Source: an archaeon
GTDB lineage: Archaea; Thermoproteota; Nitrososphaeria; Nitrososphaerales; Gagatemarchaeaceae
Reading direction: 5' to 3'
DNA: 64,000 bases
NCBI GenBank assembly: GCA_021827865.1
Contig: JAKAUC010000007.1
Coordinates: 10,981-74,980 of the forward strand
Positions 1 to 7,448 of this stretch are shown here, in pieces (the first letter of the stretch is position 1; the number at the start of each line of letters is the position of its first letter). The notes under the pieces were generated by a model. It made no database searches, was not told where the DNA came from, and worked only from the letters and a program-made list of their open reading frames with translations. The translations under genes were made by a program, and so were the position numbers.

Positions 1-533
1 AACTCCATGAACGACACCGAACCGGAGCTGTAGATGGCGGAGTTGTTCACCGGTGCCCCCCTGGGTCTCAGGACCGAAATATCCGTCCCGACCCCCCCAC
101 CGAAGCTGTATGTCCGAGCGGCCTCCTTGCACCAGTCGAATATCGCTTCGATTGAGTCCTCTTTGATCTTGAAGAAGTAGCAGTTCAGGAGCGTCGACTT
201 CCTGGTCTGCCCCGCGCCGAAAAGAATCCTCCCTCCGGGGACGAAACGGTAGTTCTCAAGGAGCCAGTAGAACCTGTTGGCCCATTCCTTCTTCTTGTCC
301 TCGTCCTTCTCGGGCGAGGCGAGCTCTTTCGCGACCCTGCGCCACATGTCAGCCGGGACCTTCTCAACCTGTTGGCCCGTTGCGTCTCTCAATGCGTACT
401 TCTCGTAGAAGACCCGGGCGCGCAGCTCGTCTCCTCCGAACGCCGCCAAAGTCTCCGAGGGGAGTCTGACCTCCCCTTTCATCTCCTCTCCTACATCCGG
501 AGAGTCGCGTGGTTGTTCAACTATCGACGTCAT
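1..533 (-). CDS. nrdJ: Adenosylcobalamin-dependent (class II) ribonucleotide reductase, N-terminal part; the gene runs off the left edge
   Basis: My own minus-strand translation from the ATG at 533-531 gives MTSIVEQPRD...RVFYEKYALRD...RFVPGGRILFGAG...LLNCYFF...FGGGVGTDISVLRPRGAPVNN. It is open to position 1. It is absent from the ORF track because there is no stop in the window. Confidence 0.8.
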   Translation of the reverse strand, partial: MTSIVEQPRDSPDVGEEMKGEVRLPSETLAAFGGDELRARVFYEKYALRDATGQQVEKVPADMWRRVAKELASPEKDEDKKKEWANRFYWLLENYRFVPGGRILFGAGQTRKSTLLNCYFFKIKEDSIEAIFDWCKEAARTYSFGGGVGTDISVLRPRGAPVNNSAIYSSGSVSFME

Positions 534-560
534 AACCTTAGCCTGCACCCTGTGGCTTGC

Positions 561-570
561 GATATATAAT
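561..570 (-). promoter_or_regulatory. TATA-like box (TTATATAT on the minus strand) about 30 nt upstream of the nrdJ ATG
   Basis: This AT-rich octamer is the only AT-rich element in the 152-bp spacer. Its spacing fits an archaeal short-leader or leaderless promoter. Confidence 0.45.
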
Positions 571-574
571 TCCG

Positions 575-592
575 ACTCGGCTTATTCCGAGT
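575..592. promoter_or_regulatory. Perfect inverted repeat ACTCGG-N6-CCGAGT abutting the nrdJ TATA box in the BRE position; operator or upstream-gene terminator hairpin
   Basis: Read directly: actcgg cttatt ccgagt. Confidence 0.35.
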
Positions 593-685
593 TAACCACC
601 AAGGAGGGTACTCGCCTTTTTCTCGACGACATGAGACGTTCGACTGTGAACTGATGTTGACAAGAAGGAAGTGCGAACTGATTAG

Positions 686-2773
686 CTAGCCCGCCGTCGA
701 ATACTGCGTCATCGCGACGGACTTGCACCTCTGGCACCTGCCTGCGTTCTGTGGCAGCTTCGCGCCGCAATTTCTGCAGACCGATATGACCCTGTCCACC
801 TTGAAGTAGGATAGTTTGGGCGACGCGTTGAGGATGAGGTTGTAGATCCCCCTCACTTCGTCCGAAGATCCGTCCAGGGTGATGGAGACCCCTCCGCGCA
901 GCCCTGTGGAGAGCTTCGTCACGTAGTCCATCTTCTCCGGGTTCTCAAGGTCGGCCAGGAGAAGCCTGGGGGCCTGGGTATACGCCCCTCTCATGAGAGG
1001 CTGGATGTTCGCCTTCCCATACTTCTCAGCATCAAGGCTCGCGAGCCTCGACGCGCCGTCCAAGTCCAGCATCGCAGCTCCAAGCCTGTCAATCTTGGTC
1101 GACTTGTCGTCTGCCACCTGGGTGGCTGTCCCCACTATCTTGTCTGCGAGCTCGTATCGCGAGGCCGTTGTCGGGTCCCGTATCAGACTGGCAAGGGTCT
1201 CCTCGAAGCCGACAAAATTCATGATGAGCGGCATCGTGTCAGAAGTCACGGCATCCGAACCGGACGCCAGCGAGGGAAGGAGGCCCCTCTTCAACGCTCT
1301 CTCAATCAGCCTCCTCCTCGTCGAAAGTGCGTCCGCCGCCACTCCGATGAGGAGGGCCAGCTTGGCCCGGAAGTATGTCTCGTCTTGGTTGGAGTCATAG
1401 GCGAGCCTGGGGAGGTTAAGGCTGAGCCCGTGGAGCACGTTGATGTTGTCCGCCTGGGACTCCTGAGAGAGCACGTTGGCGTTCAGCCCGAGAAAGCTCC
1501 TACGCTGGTCAGAGGAGAAGAACGCTATCCTCCCTCCGTTGAAGATGATTGACGCGGCATCCTTCAAAGTCTTCGTATCGTCCACCCTGCTGGGCTTTGC
1601 CAGAAGAATCCTGATGTCAGGCCTCGGGGTCTCTTCGACGTAGCTCCTGTAGGCGCCGAGGGCCGCGTCTAGGGTCTTGTCCAGGACTTCGCGGCCGACG
1701 TCGTCGTGCTTGTATGGATTGAGGTCGATGCTGATGGCCGGACCGGTCGCCCCGGCAACTGGCGACCCGATGGTCTCATAGAACCTCAGGAAGAGCGATT
1801 CGAGCTCCCTCTTCCCCTTGGATCTGCAGTACGGGCCGATAAACTGAAGGAAGTTCCGGAAGGTCACTTCGTCAGAAGCTTCCCTCGTGAGCATGGAAGC
1901 CATGTTGAGCACGATGTTGAGCGCCTTTTCGGCATTCTCGGGGCTCGGTATCATGGAGGCGTTGAGTATCTTCCCCCTCGGGTTGAGCCCTGCGGACCTC
2001 ATAGACAGAAGGTCGACGAACACTGCGTCGGGCGAGAGCCCCCAGGACCCCGCGTTCGTGATGTGGATGTCGCCGGAGAGGTGAGCGTCCGCCACGTCCC
2101 TCGGGAGCTGTTCCAGCAGGAGATATTCGGAGAAGACCTGCTTCCCAGTCTGGTGAATCAGCGACTCGACGTTGCCCCCGTCGTCCCCTGCCTTCCCCAA
2201 AAGTTGGGTGACGTCGTAGATGGGCATCCCAAGTCTGGTGAGCTTGTGCCTGTACTCCTCCATGCTGTGCTCCACGAGGAGCGCGTTGACTATCTCGCGT
2301 ATGAGAGGGGCGGTCAGATACTGGGTCTGGAACTTGTAGAGCCTTGACTCAGTCTCACTCGTGATCTTCTGGGCCAGCTCCACCGGCATCCCTGCCTCCT
2401 TCACAAGTGACTGGAGTATCTTGTTGGCATTGAACTCCTCCATCGTCTGGTGCGAGGTCCGGACATACAGCTTCCCGCTCTCTACGAGCGACTGCTCTTC
2501 GATCTGCCTGGTGAGGTTGAGCACAAGCCTCCCCAGGTTGGTCACTGTGTACTTCCTCTCCTGCCTGTTGAGCTGGATGAGCAGCTGCTTCACGAGCTTT
2601 CGCAGGTGGTAGGCGAACTTCCCAGACTCCTTCTTCGACTTGAACCCGGCCAGCGTCTTCAGGGCGCTGTAGGTCAGGGGTCCCTTGATGTTCAGTATCC
2701 TCAGAATCTCGAGCCTCTGCGGAGACGCGATCACACTATAGATCGTCTTGACCCTGCGAGGAGCGGCCTGCAA
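686..2773 (-). CDS. wHTH (ArsR-like) + ATP-cone-like + anaerobic RNR (NrdD)-like protein with a C-terminal Zn ribbon but no glycyl-radical motif
   Basis: N-terminal ASPQRLEILRILN...YSALK... is an ArsR-type wHTH. KLYVRTSHQTMEEFNANKILQSLV... is ATP-cone-like. HLSGDIHITN and GLSLNLPRLA are NrdD-like motifs. The end CRNCGAKLPQNAGRCQRCKS is a Zn ribbon. The track ORF (to 2914) overlaps tRNA-Pro, so the start was moved to the in-frame TTG at 2773 (or the GTG at 2734), downstream of a TATA-like element. Confidence 0.7.
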   Translation of the reverse strand: MQAAPRRVKTIYSVIASPQRLEILRILNIKGPLTYSALKTLAGFKSKKESGKFAYHLRKLVKQLLIQLNRQERKYTVTNLGRLVLNLTRQIEEQSLVESGKLYVRTSHQTMEEFNANKILQSLVKEAGMPVELAQKITSETESRLYKFQTQYLTAPLIREIVNALLVEHSMEEYRHKLTRLGMPIYDVTQLLGKAGDDGGNVESLIHQTGKQVFSEYLLLEQLPRDVADAHLSGDIHITNAGSWGLSPDAVFVDLLSMRSAGLNPRGKILNASMIPSPENAEKALNIVLNMASMLTREASDEVTFRNFLQFIGPYCRSKGKRELESLFLRFYETIGSPVAGATGPAISIDLNPYKHDDVGREVLDKTLDAALGAYRSYVEETPRPDIRILLAKPSRVDDTKTLKDAASIIFNGGRIAFFSSDQRRSFLGLNANVLSQESQADNINVLHGLSLNLPRLAYDSNQDETYFRAKLALLIGVAADALSTRRRLIERALKRGLLPSLASGSDAVTSDTMPLIMNFVGFEETLASLIRDPTTASRYELADKIVGTATQVADDKSTKIDRLGAAMLDLDGASRLASLDAEKYGKANIQPLMRGAYTQAPRLLLADLENPEKMDYVTKLSTGLRGGVSITLDGSSDEVRGIYNLILNASPKLSYFKVDRVISVCRNCGAKLPQNAGRCQRCKSVAMTQYSTAG

Positions 2774-2790
2774 TCTGACCAGGACGTCGA

Positions 2791-2810
2791 GGTCAAAAGT
2801 ATTTAACGCT
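2791..2810 (-). promoter_or_regulatory. TATA-like element (GTTAAATACTTTT on the minus strand) between tRNA-Pro and the NrdD-like gene
   Basis: AT-rich box about 25-30 nt upstream of the candidate TTG start at 2773. Confidence 0.35.
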
Positions 2811-2845
2811 ATGATAACTCGATTTAATACGCGCTTTTGATTGGA

Positions 2846-2953
2846 TGGGGTCGCCCGGATTTGAACCGGGGGTCTCAAGCGGCCTCGGCCCCCCAGCCAC
2901 GACTGATGGGACACCCAAGGCTTGAAGCCTAGACCAGACTAGCCGACGACCCC
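2846..2953 (-). tRNA. tRNA-Pro(UGG) with a 32-nt intron at the canonical 37/38 position (about 2882-2913)
   Basis: Hand fold. Acceptor GGGGTCG/CGACCCC, discriminator A. D stem GGCT/GGCT with G:U pairs. Anticodon stem CAAGC/GCTTG, loop CTTGGG|intron|C. Variable loop AGACC. T arm CCCGG-TTCAAAT-CCGGG. Confidence 0.8.
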
Positions 2954-2981
2954 GACCTTCCTCGGTCCAATCCTGAGATAG

Positions 2982-3587
2982 TTATGGGTTCTGGGGAGAT
3001 GATGGCCTTCCCCTTGAGACGAAGCGGTTCCCTCGTTCGAAGAACCTCCACCTTGTTGACCTCCCAGCCGACACGCCCACTCTGGGGCTTGTCCCGATTT
3101 CTCTGGCCATCCGGCCGTGCTCCAAGAAGATCCTGTCTGACATGACCAAGTCTTCTCCGTCCAGTTCCTTGCCTATGCCCAGGGCCTTCGTCAGGTTTCC
3201 AGGGCCCGAGGCCAGTCTGTCGACTGCAATTGGCCCCCTATTCTTCACCATCACTGCGATTCCCTCTTCCGGTTCAATCGCCCTCAGCAGTACCGCGCCC
3301 GGGGTTCCAGTAGGCTCCGTGGTGACGTTAAGGCAGAAGTGCATGCCCATGGTGAAGTAGACGTAGGCATGCCCCGGCGGTCCGAACATCACGCCGTTCC
3401 GGGATGTCTTCCCTCTGTACGCGTGACTTGCAGGGTCCTTCGGGCCCCTGTATGCCTCAGTCTCGACGACTATCCCTGATATCCTCCTGCCGCGTATAAC
3501 CCTGACAAGGCGGCACCCGACCAGGTCACTTGCCACCTCGGGGGTGTACCGGCAGAAGAACTCCCTCGGGATAACGCTCCGCTTCAA
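2982..3587 (-). CDS. mpg: DNA-3-methyladenine glycosylase (AAG/Mpg family)
   Basis: IVVETEAYRGPKDPASHAYRGKTSRNGVMFGPPGHAYVYFTMGMHFCLNV is the typical Mpg core. Confidence 0.85.
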   Translation of the reverse strand: MKRSVIPREFFCRYTPEVASDLVGCRLVRVIRGRRISGIVVETEAYRGPKDPASHAYRGKTSRNGVMFGPPGHAYVYFTMGMHFCLNVTTEPTGTPGAVLLRAIEPEEGIAVMVKNRGPIAVDRLASGPGNLTKALGIGKELDGEDLVMSDRIFLEHGRMAREIGTSPRVGVSAGRSTRWRFFERGNRFVSRGRPSSPQNP

Positions 3588-3759
3588 ACTCGCCCGGGTT
3601 CCGTCTTCTTCCGTTAATTAACCAGAGCGGGGTGTCCGACATGCGATGAAAATCCTGGCCGACCTCCAGCTCCGCTCGAAGTTCGCGATGGCCACCAGGC
3701 AAGGCCATGGACCTTGAGCACCTCGCGTCAAGGAAGGGGAAGGTAAGGGTGAAGCCTGA

Positions 3760-4656
3760 CTACGGCGTGTACGGCGTCCCTGAAATGGGGTAGCCGACCA
3801 TGCTGCCCCTCCCCATCCTGGTGTAGACCGGGAGTGCAGCGAGGTAGAATCCGAGAAACAGCGCGTACCCTATCCAGTTGTGGACCCCCCAGAACGCTGA
3901 AGCTCCGTCAACGTACCCCACCCACATCAGAAGCAGTATCCTGAGGGAATTGAGAAGTGTTAGGATGGCTATCCCGGCGACTGCGACTATGGCCGTCGAC
4001 CGTAGGTCCTTCTTCATGTCCATGTGCATGAGCGCGAGGAGACCGACGAAAGTGGTTATCGAGATGATGCTCGAGCAGCCAGGCGCAACGTAACCGGCTA
4101 CAACGTCTCCAGTTCTAGAAAACAGCTGGAACTGGGTACCCTGCCAAACCACTGGCAGGCCTGCCAGGCCGACGAACCTCGAAGCGAGGACCGACGACGC
4201 GTAGGCCAAGGGCTCGCCGAAGGCCCACTGAAGCACAAACGGGGCTCCTATCCCAGCCGAGTAGATGGCGGCGTAGGGGAGCAGGATTCTCTTCGTCAGG
4301 GGGTTGACCACCAGGGAGGAAGCGTAGAGCGTCAGGACGACGGCGACTCCCGCTGTTTCCACGGTCTGGGCCGTTAGAGGCTCGCCCAGCCATAGCAACA
4401 CCAGAATCCCTGCGCCCAGGGCTCTTATCCGGAGCTGGGTCGTGGCCCCTCCTTCGGCCGCAAGCACATCCCGGAGCTCGTTCCATCTCAGCGCGAAGAT
4501 GAGGGTGAGCAGCGCGGCGAAAGGGATAGCTGGGAAGACGCTGCCGAACGTGTCTCCCAGTGACTGGTCCAGAAGGCTGAGGAAATTTGGCGCGGTGGCC
4601 AGGCAGAGGGCCGTTCCCGCCCCAATCCAGACGACAAGCCTGACAGCGGCCTTCAA
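3760..4656 (-). CDS. Archaeosortase/exosortase-family polytopic membrane transpeptidase
   Basis: Multi-TM protein with PGCSSI (active-site Cys context), NSLRILLL (Arg) and HNWIGY (His). It sits adjacent to a cargo-like gene. Confidence 0.7.
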   Translation of the reverse strand: MKAAVRLVVWIGAGTALCLATAPNFLSLLDQSLGDTFGSVFPAIPFAALLTLIFALRWNELRDVLAAEGGATTQLRIRALGAGILVLLWLGEPLTAQTVETAGVAVVLTLYASSLVVNPLTKRILLPYAAIYSAGIGAPFVLQWAFGEPLAYASSVLASRFVGLAGLPVVWQGTQFQLFSRTGDVVAGYVAPGCSSIISITTFVGLLALMHMDMKKDLRSTAIVAVAGIAILTLLNSLRILLLMWVGYVDGASAFWGVHNWIGYALFLGFYLAALPVYTRMGRGSMVGYPISGTPYTP

Positions 4657-4669
4657 CTGTCCGCCACTT

Positions 4670-5317
4670 TCACCTGGTGACCGCAGGCACGCCCCGGACG
4701 GATGCCCTCTTCATCACCAGGTACGCCGAGACTATCGCCAAGACGAAGACGCCTAGCAGGGCCGCCTGGAACGGGAACACAGGTATCCCGCCGCCCCCCT
4801 TGGTGGAGCTGGTGCTAGAAGCCGAGGTGGTGGCGCTGGAAGAGGTCGAGACGGTCGTGGTGCTCGATGTCGATGTAATCTGGGAACTTGAGGTGTTGGA
4901 AGTGCTCGAGGTGGTGGATGTGACTGCGGTCGGCGTGTATTGGAATGTCGCCTCGGCACTGACTTGCGGAGGATAGGCTCCCCAGGTGGCGTTTACGGAA
5001 TACGTCCCTGCAATCCAGCCCGAGTTCCCGCCGGCGACTAAAGTGTAGTTGTAGAGACCAGTGGAGGCCCCGACCGGAGCCTCCCCCGGCGCGACGACTG
5101 CTCCGTGCGGGTTGATTATCTCCAAGAAGACGGCGGTGTTCGGCCCGGGGGGTGGTGACACCTTCCCTGAGATCTGGATCGCCTGTCCGTACACATACGA
5201 GGGCTTGTCAGTCGAGACAGTCAGCGTGTAGGACGTCTGGGCCATCGCTCCCTGGGCAGCGAGGACGAAGGCCAAGAAAAGCAGCAATGCGGAAGCTGCG
5301 TGGCGCCTGTGGGTCAC
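4670..5317 (-). CDS. Secreted Ser/Thr-rich surface protein with a C-terminal sorting-signal-like tail (putative archaeosortase substrate)
   Basis: Signal peptide ALLLFLAFVLAAQGAMA, a beta-rich domain and a long S/T linker. Then GGGGIPVFPFQAALLGVFVLAIVSAYLVMKRA, which is motif + TM + basic tail. Confidence 0.7.
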   Translation of the reverse strand: MTHRRHAASALLLFLAFVLAAQGAMAQTSYTLTVSTDKPSYVYGQAIQISGKVSPPPGPNTAVFLEIINPHGAVVAPGEAPVGASTGLYNYTLVAGGNSGWIAGTYSVNATWGAYPPQVSAEATFQYTPTAVTSTTSSTSNTSSSQITSTSSTTTVSTSSSATTSASSTSSTKGGGGIPVFPFQAALLGVFVLAIVSAYLVMKRASVRGVPAVTR

Positions 5318-5386
5318 GATTGCCTTCAGCCGCCGACTCTCTATATAATTGTAACATGATGAACGCCCAGTCTAGGAGTTGGTGCG

Positions 5387-5517
5387 TGGGGGTAGTCGGA
5401 TTTGAACCGACGGTCTACAGGTTTCTTAGGCAGCTCCAATGTCAAGTCATCCACGTTTCCGTGTCAGCCATTGGTGTCACTGGAGCCTGTCGCCCTGCCT
5501 GGCTGGGCTATACCCCC
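5387..5517 (-). tRNA. tRNA-Trp(CCA) with a 57-nt intron (about 5423-5479) carrying a K-turn / box C'-D'-like element
   Basis: Hand fold. GGGGGTA/TACCCCC, D arm GCCC-AGCCAGGCA-GGGC, anticodon stem ACAGG/CCTGT, loop CTCCAG|intron|A, T arm GTCGG-TTCAAAT-CCGAC. The intron contains CUGA-CACG-GAAA-CGUG-GAUGA and UUGGAGC, which is antisense to the anticodon loop. Confidence 0.85.
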
Positions 5518-5563
5518 AACACGACCGCCGGGCCAACTGCAGGTGCCTTTAGAGTTTCCGAGG

Positions 5564-5842
5564 TCAGCCAGTGAGGCTCCACGGCTTCCCGCCATGGACA
5601 ACATTCTCCGGCAGCCTGGCGCTCCATTTCTCGAGGAAGCTCATGTCCTCCTTCCTGTTTCTCAGGTTGTCTGGGAGCATGACCGGAATCTCGTCGATGA
5701 TGGGGTAGTACCTCCCGCACTGAGAGCACAGCAGGACGCCATCGACCACGACGTCGGGCTCCCGGACGCCGAACTCGATCATCTCCAGCGGATAGTGCTT
5801 GTCCATGGGACAGGCGAGTATGTCGAGGAGCTTCTTCTGCAT
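5564..5842 (-). CDS. Trm112-family small zinc-binding methyltransferase activator
   Basis: MQKKLLDILACPMDK...LLCSQCGRYYPIIDEIPVML is the classic Trm112/UPF0434 pattern. Confidence 0.8.
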   Translation of the reverse strand: MQKKLLDILACPMDKHYPLEMIEFGVREPDVVVDGVLLCSQCGRYYPIIDEIPVMLPDNLRNRKEDMSFLEKWSARLPENVVHGGKPWSLTG

Positions 5843-5921
5843 CCCCCCGCATGCTTCAAATCATGTAAAAAACGCTTGGTGGGCCAGGAAACGTTAATCT
5901 ACCGCGGCGGGACCCCTCACT

Positions 5922-6040
5922 TCAGCCGGCCATAGCGCGTGGGTCCGACCCAGACTCGTTCCGATCCTGGCAGTCAAACCGCGCGTCGCCCCGGTGCTAC
6001 TGACTTCCGAGAGGAGTCGGGAAGCCGAGGTGCCGGCGCC
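5922..6040 (+). rRNA. 5S rRNA, stand-alone; ends approximate to within about 5 nt
   Basis: GCCGGCCATAGCGCGTGGG...GTTCCGATCCTGGCAGTCAAACCGCGCG...CTACTGACTTCCGAGAGGAGTCGGGAAGCCGAGGTGCCGGC. The terminal helix GCCGGC/GCCGGC and the CATAGC, TTCCGA, ACTG and GGGAAGC blocks match archaeal 5S as I remember it. Confidence 0.8.
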
Positions 6041-6123
6041 TTCTTCTAAAAATCCCAGTTTTCATTGAAGATATCCTACAGAACATTTAAGTCCGGGTTT
6101 ACGGCGTCGGACTTCGTAATTTC

Positions 6124-7248
6124 ATGTCTGTTCTTGAGGGTGGAATTCTTCAGGTGTTTGGAGGCGCCAACGTCTCCGACCTTGTCACCCTCGTGTGGAT
6201 TGCATTCTTCGCGCTCACCTTCCTCTATCAGACCAGGATACAGTCCTACTTGGCCCTGAGCGAGATAAGCCGTGGTCTCAACAAGCTCAGGGTGATGAAG
6301 GACAAGGCGAGAAAGGACGCGATAGACTACTTGGTGGACGTCGGCAAAGCGCCGAGCGACCCCACTCAGAGAGTGGACCAGTTCCTCGATTACGTCACCA
6401 TCATGCCCGTGGACATGGACCCGGCCGGCATCGTAGGGAAGATCGACCACGTAGTGACGACCAACAACGACAGGGTCAGGACTGAGGTTGGCGCACTGCT
6501 CAACCAGAACAATCCGGTCACCGTCTCAATCAGCGAGAACCTGCTAGAGGTCGCCACTTCCCTCAACCAGATTCACAAAATCGTCCGCCACTACTACCTC
6601 CTGGGGAAGAAGACCAATTCGTACTTCACCCTCGTCCAGCTGCAGATGCTCATGCCGATGATAATCCAGGAGGCAGACGCCCTCCTCAACGCGGTCGACT
6701 CTTTCAAGCTGGGACAGCCTGTCGGGGACGGGATTGGCCCGGTCGTGGTTTCCAGGTTAATGGCCGGGAACGAAAAGCGCGTCGTAGCCAAAGACACCAT
6801 GATGGCGATTACCGAGTACAAGGGGCGGAAGCTCTACGTCCTGAAAGCTGACGGCCCCATGGCCTACGTGGGGCAGCCGGGGGTGGCCATCCAGAAGATC
6901 GTCACGGAGATGGGCGTCAAACCGAGCGCCATAGTGATGATCGATGCGGCCCTGAAGCTCGAAGGGGAGAAGACAGGGGAGATAGCGGAAGGTGTCGGCG
7001 CCGCGATCGGTGGCATCGGGGTGGAGAAGTTCCAGATTGAAGAGGCAGCCACCAAGGCCAAGGTTCCGCTGTATGCCATTCTCGTGAAACAGAGCCTCCT
7101 TGAGGCGATCACGGTGATGAGGAAGGAGATTGCCGAAGCGGCGGACAAGGTCACGCAGGTGCTGAACAGGGTCATCGAAGAGAAGACGAAGGAAGGGGAC
7201 GACGTGGTGGTCGCCGGAATAGGCAACACGCTGGGTGTAGCGCAATGA
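6124..7248 (+). CDS. Conserved archaeal membrane-anchored protein (DUF1512-like), function unknown
   Basis: 374 aa with an N-terminal TM segment (LVTLVWIAFFALTFLY). Size and architecture match what I recall for the archaeal DUF1512 family. The assignment is from memory only. Confidence 0.5.
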   Translation: MSVLEGGILQVFGGANVSDLVTLVWIAFFALTFLYQTRIQSYLALSEISRGLNKLRVMKDKARKDAIDYLVDVGKAPSDPTQRVDQFLDYVTIMPVDMDPAGIVGKIDHVVTTNNDRVRTEVGALLNQNNPVTVSISENLLEVATSLNQIHKIVRHYYLLGKKTNSYFTLVQLQMLMPMIIQEADALLNAVDSFKLGQPVGDGIGPVVVSRLMAGNEKRVVAKDTMMAITEYKGRKLYVLKADGPMAYVGQPGVAIQKIVTEMGVKPSAIVMIDAALKLEGEKTGEIAEGVGAAIGGIGVEKFQIEEAATKAKVPLYAILVKQSLLEAITVMRKEIAEAADKVTQVLNRVIEEKTKEGDDVVVAGIGNTLGVAQ

Positions 7249-7448
7249 TGAGTTCAGTTCCGGGGCCAGACAAGAAGACGAAGCTGCTGGTTTACACTAT
7301 CGAGGAATGTCCCGCCTGTGGACAGAAGACCAAACGCGCGTTCGCTGTCGGCGACTACGTGACAAAGGAGGCAGCGAAATGCGCGAAGTGCGGGAACCCT
7401 ACTCGGATAGGCTTGGTCTACGCCGAGAGCATGAAACCATCAGGTTAG
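7245..7448 (+). CDS. Small 4-Cys zinc-ribbon protein
   Basis: CPACGQKT...x22...CAKCGNPT. The ATGA overlap with the upstream gene suggests translational coupling. Confidence 0.55.
   Translation: MMSSVPGPDKKTKLLVYTIEECPACGQKTKRAFAVGDYVTKEAAKCAKCGNPTRIGLVYAESMKPSG

Noticed and set aside
185-569. Small ORFs 185-367(-) and 372-569(+) listed in the track
   Set aside because: The region is fully explained by a different minus-strand frame encoding the class II RNR N-terminus.
2774-2914. N-terminal extension of the NrdD-like ORF to the first listed Met
   Set aside because: It would run through the tRNA-Pro gene (2846-2953) and a TATA-like element. An in-frame TTG/GTG downstream gives a sensible wHTH N-terminus.
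4750-4960. Possible tandem DNA repeat in the Ser/Thr-rich linker of the cargo protein
   Set aside because: At the DNA level it is compositionally biased (ACC/TCG/AGC codons) with no fixed-period repeat unit that I could align. I treat it as a low-complexity coding linker.
5152-5935. Plus-strand ORFs 5152-5574 and 5402-5935
   Set aside because: They overlap tRNA-Trp and are antisense to the cargo protein and Trm112 genes, with no motifs.
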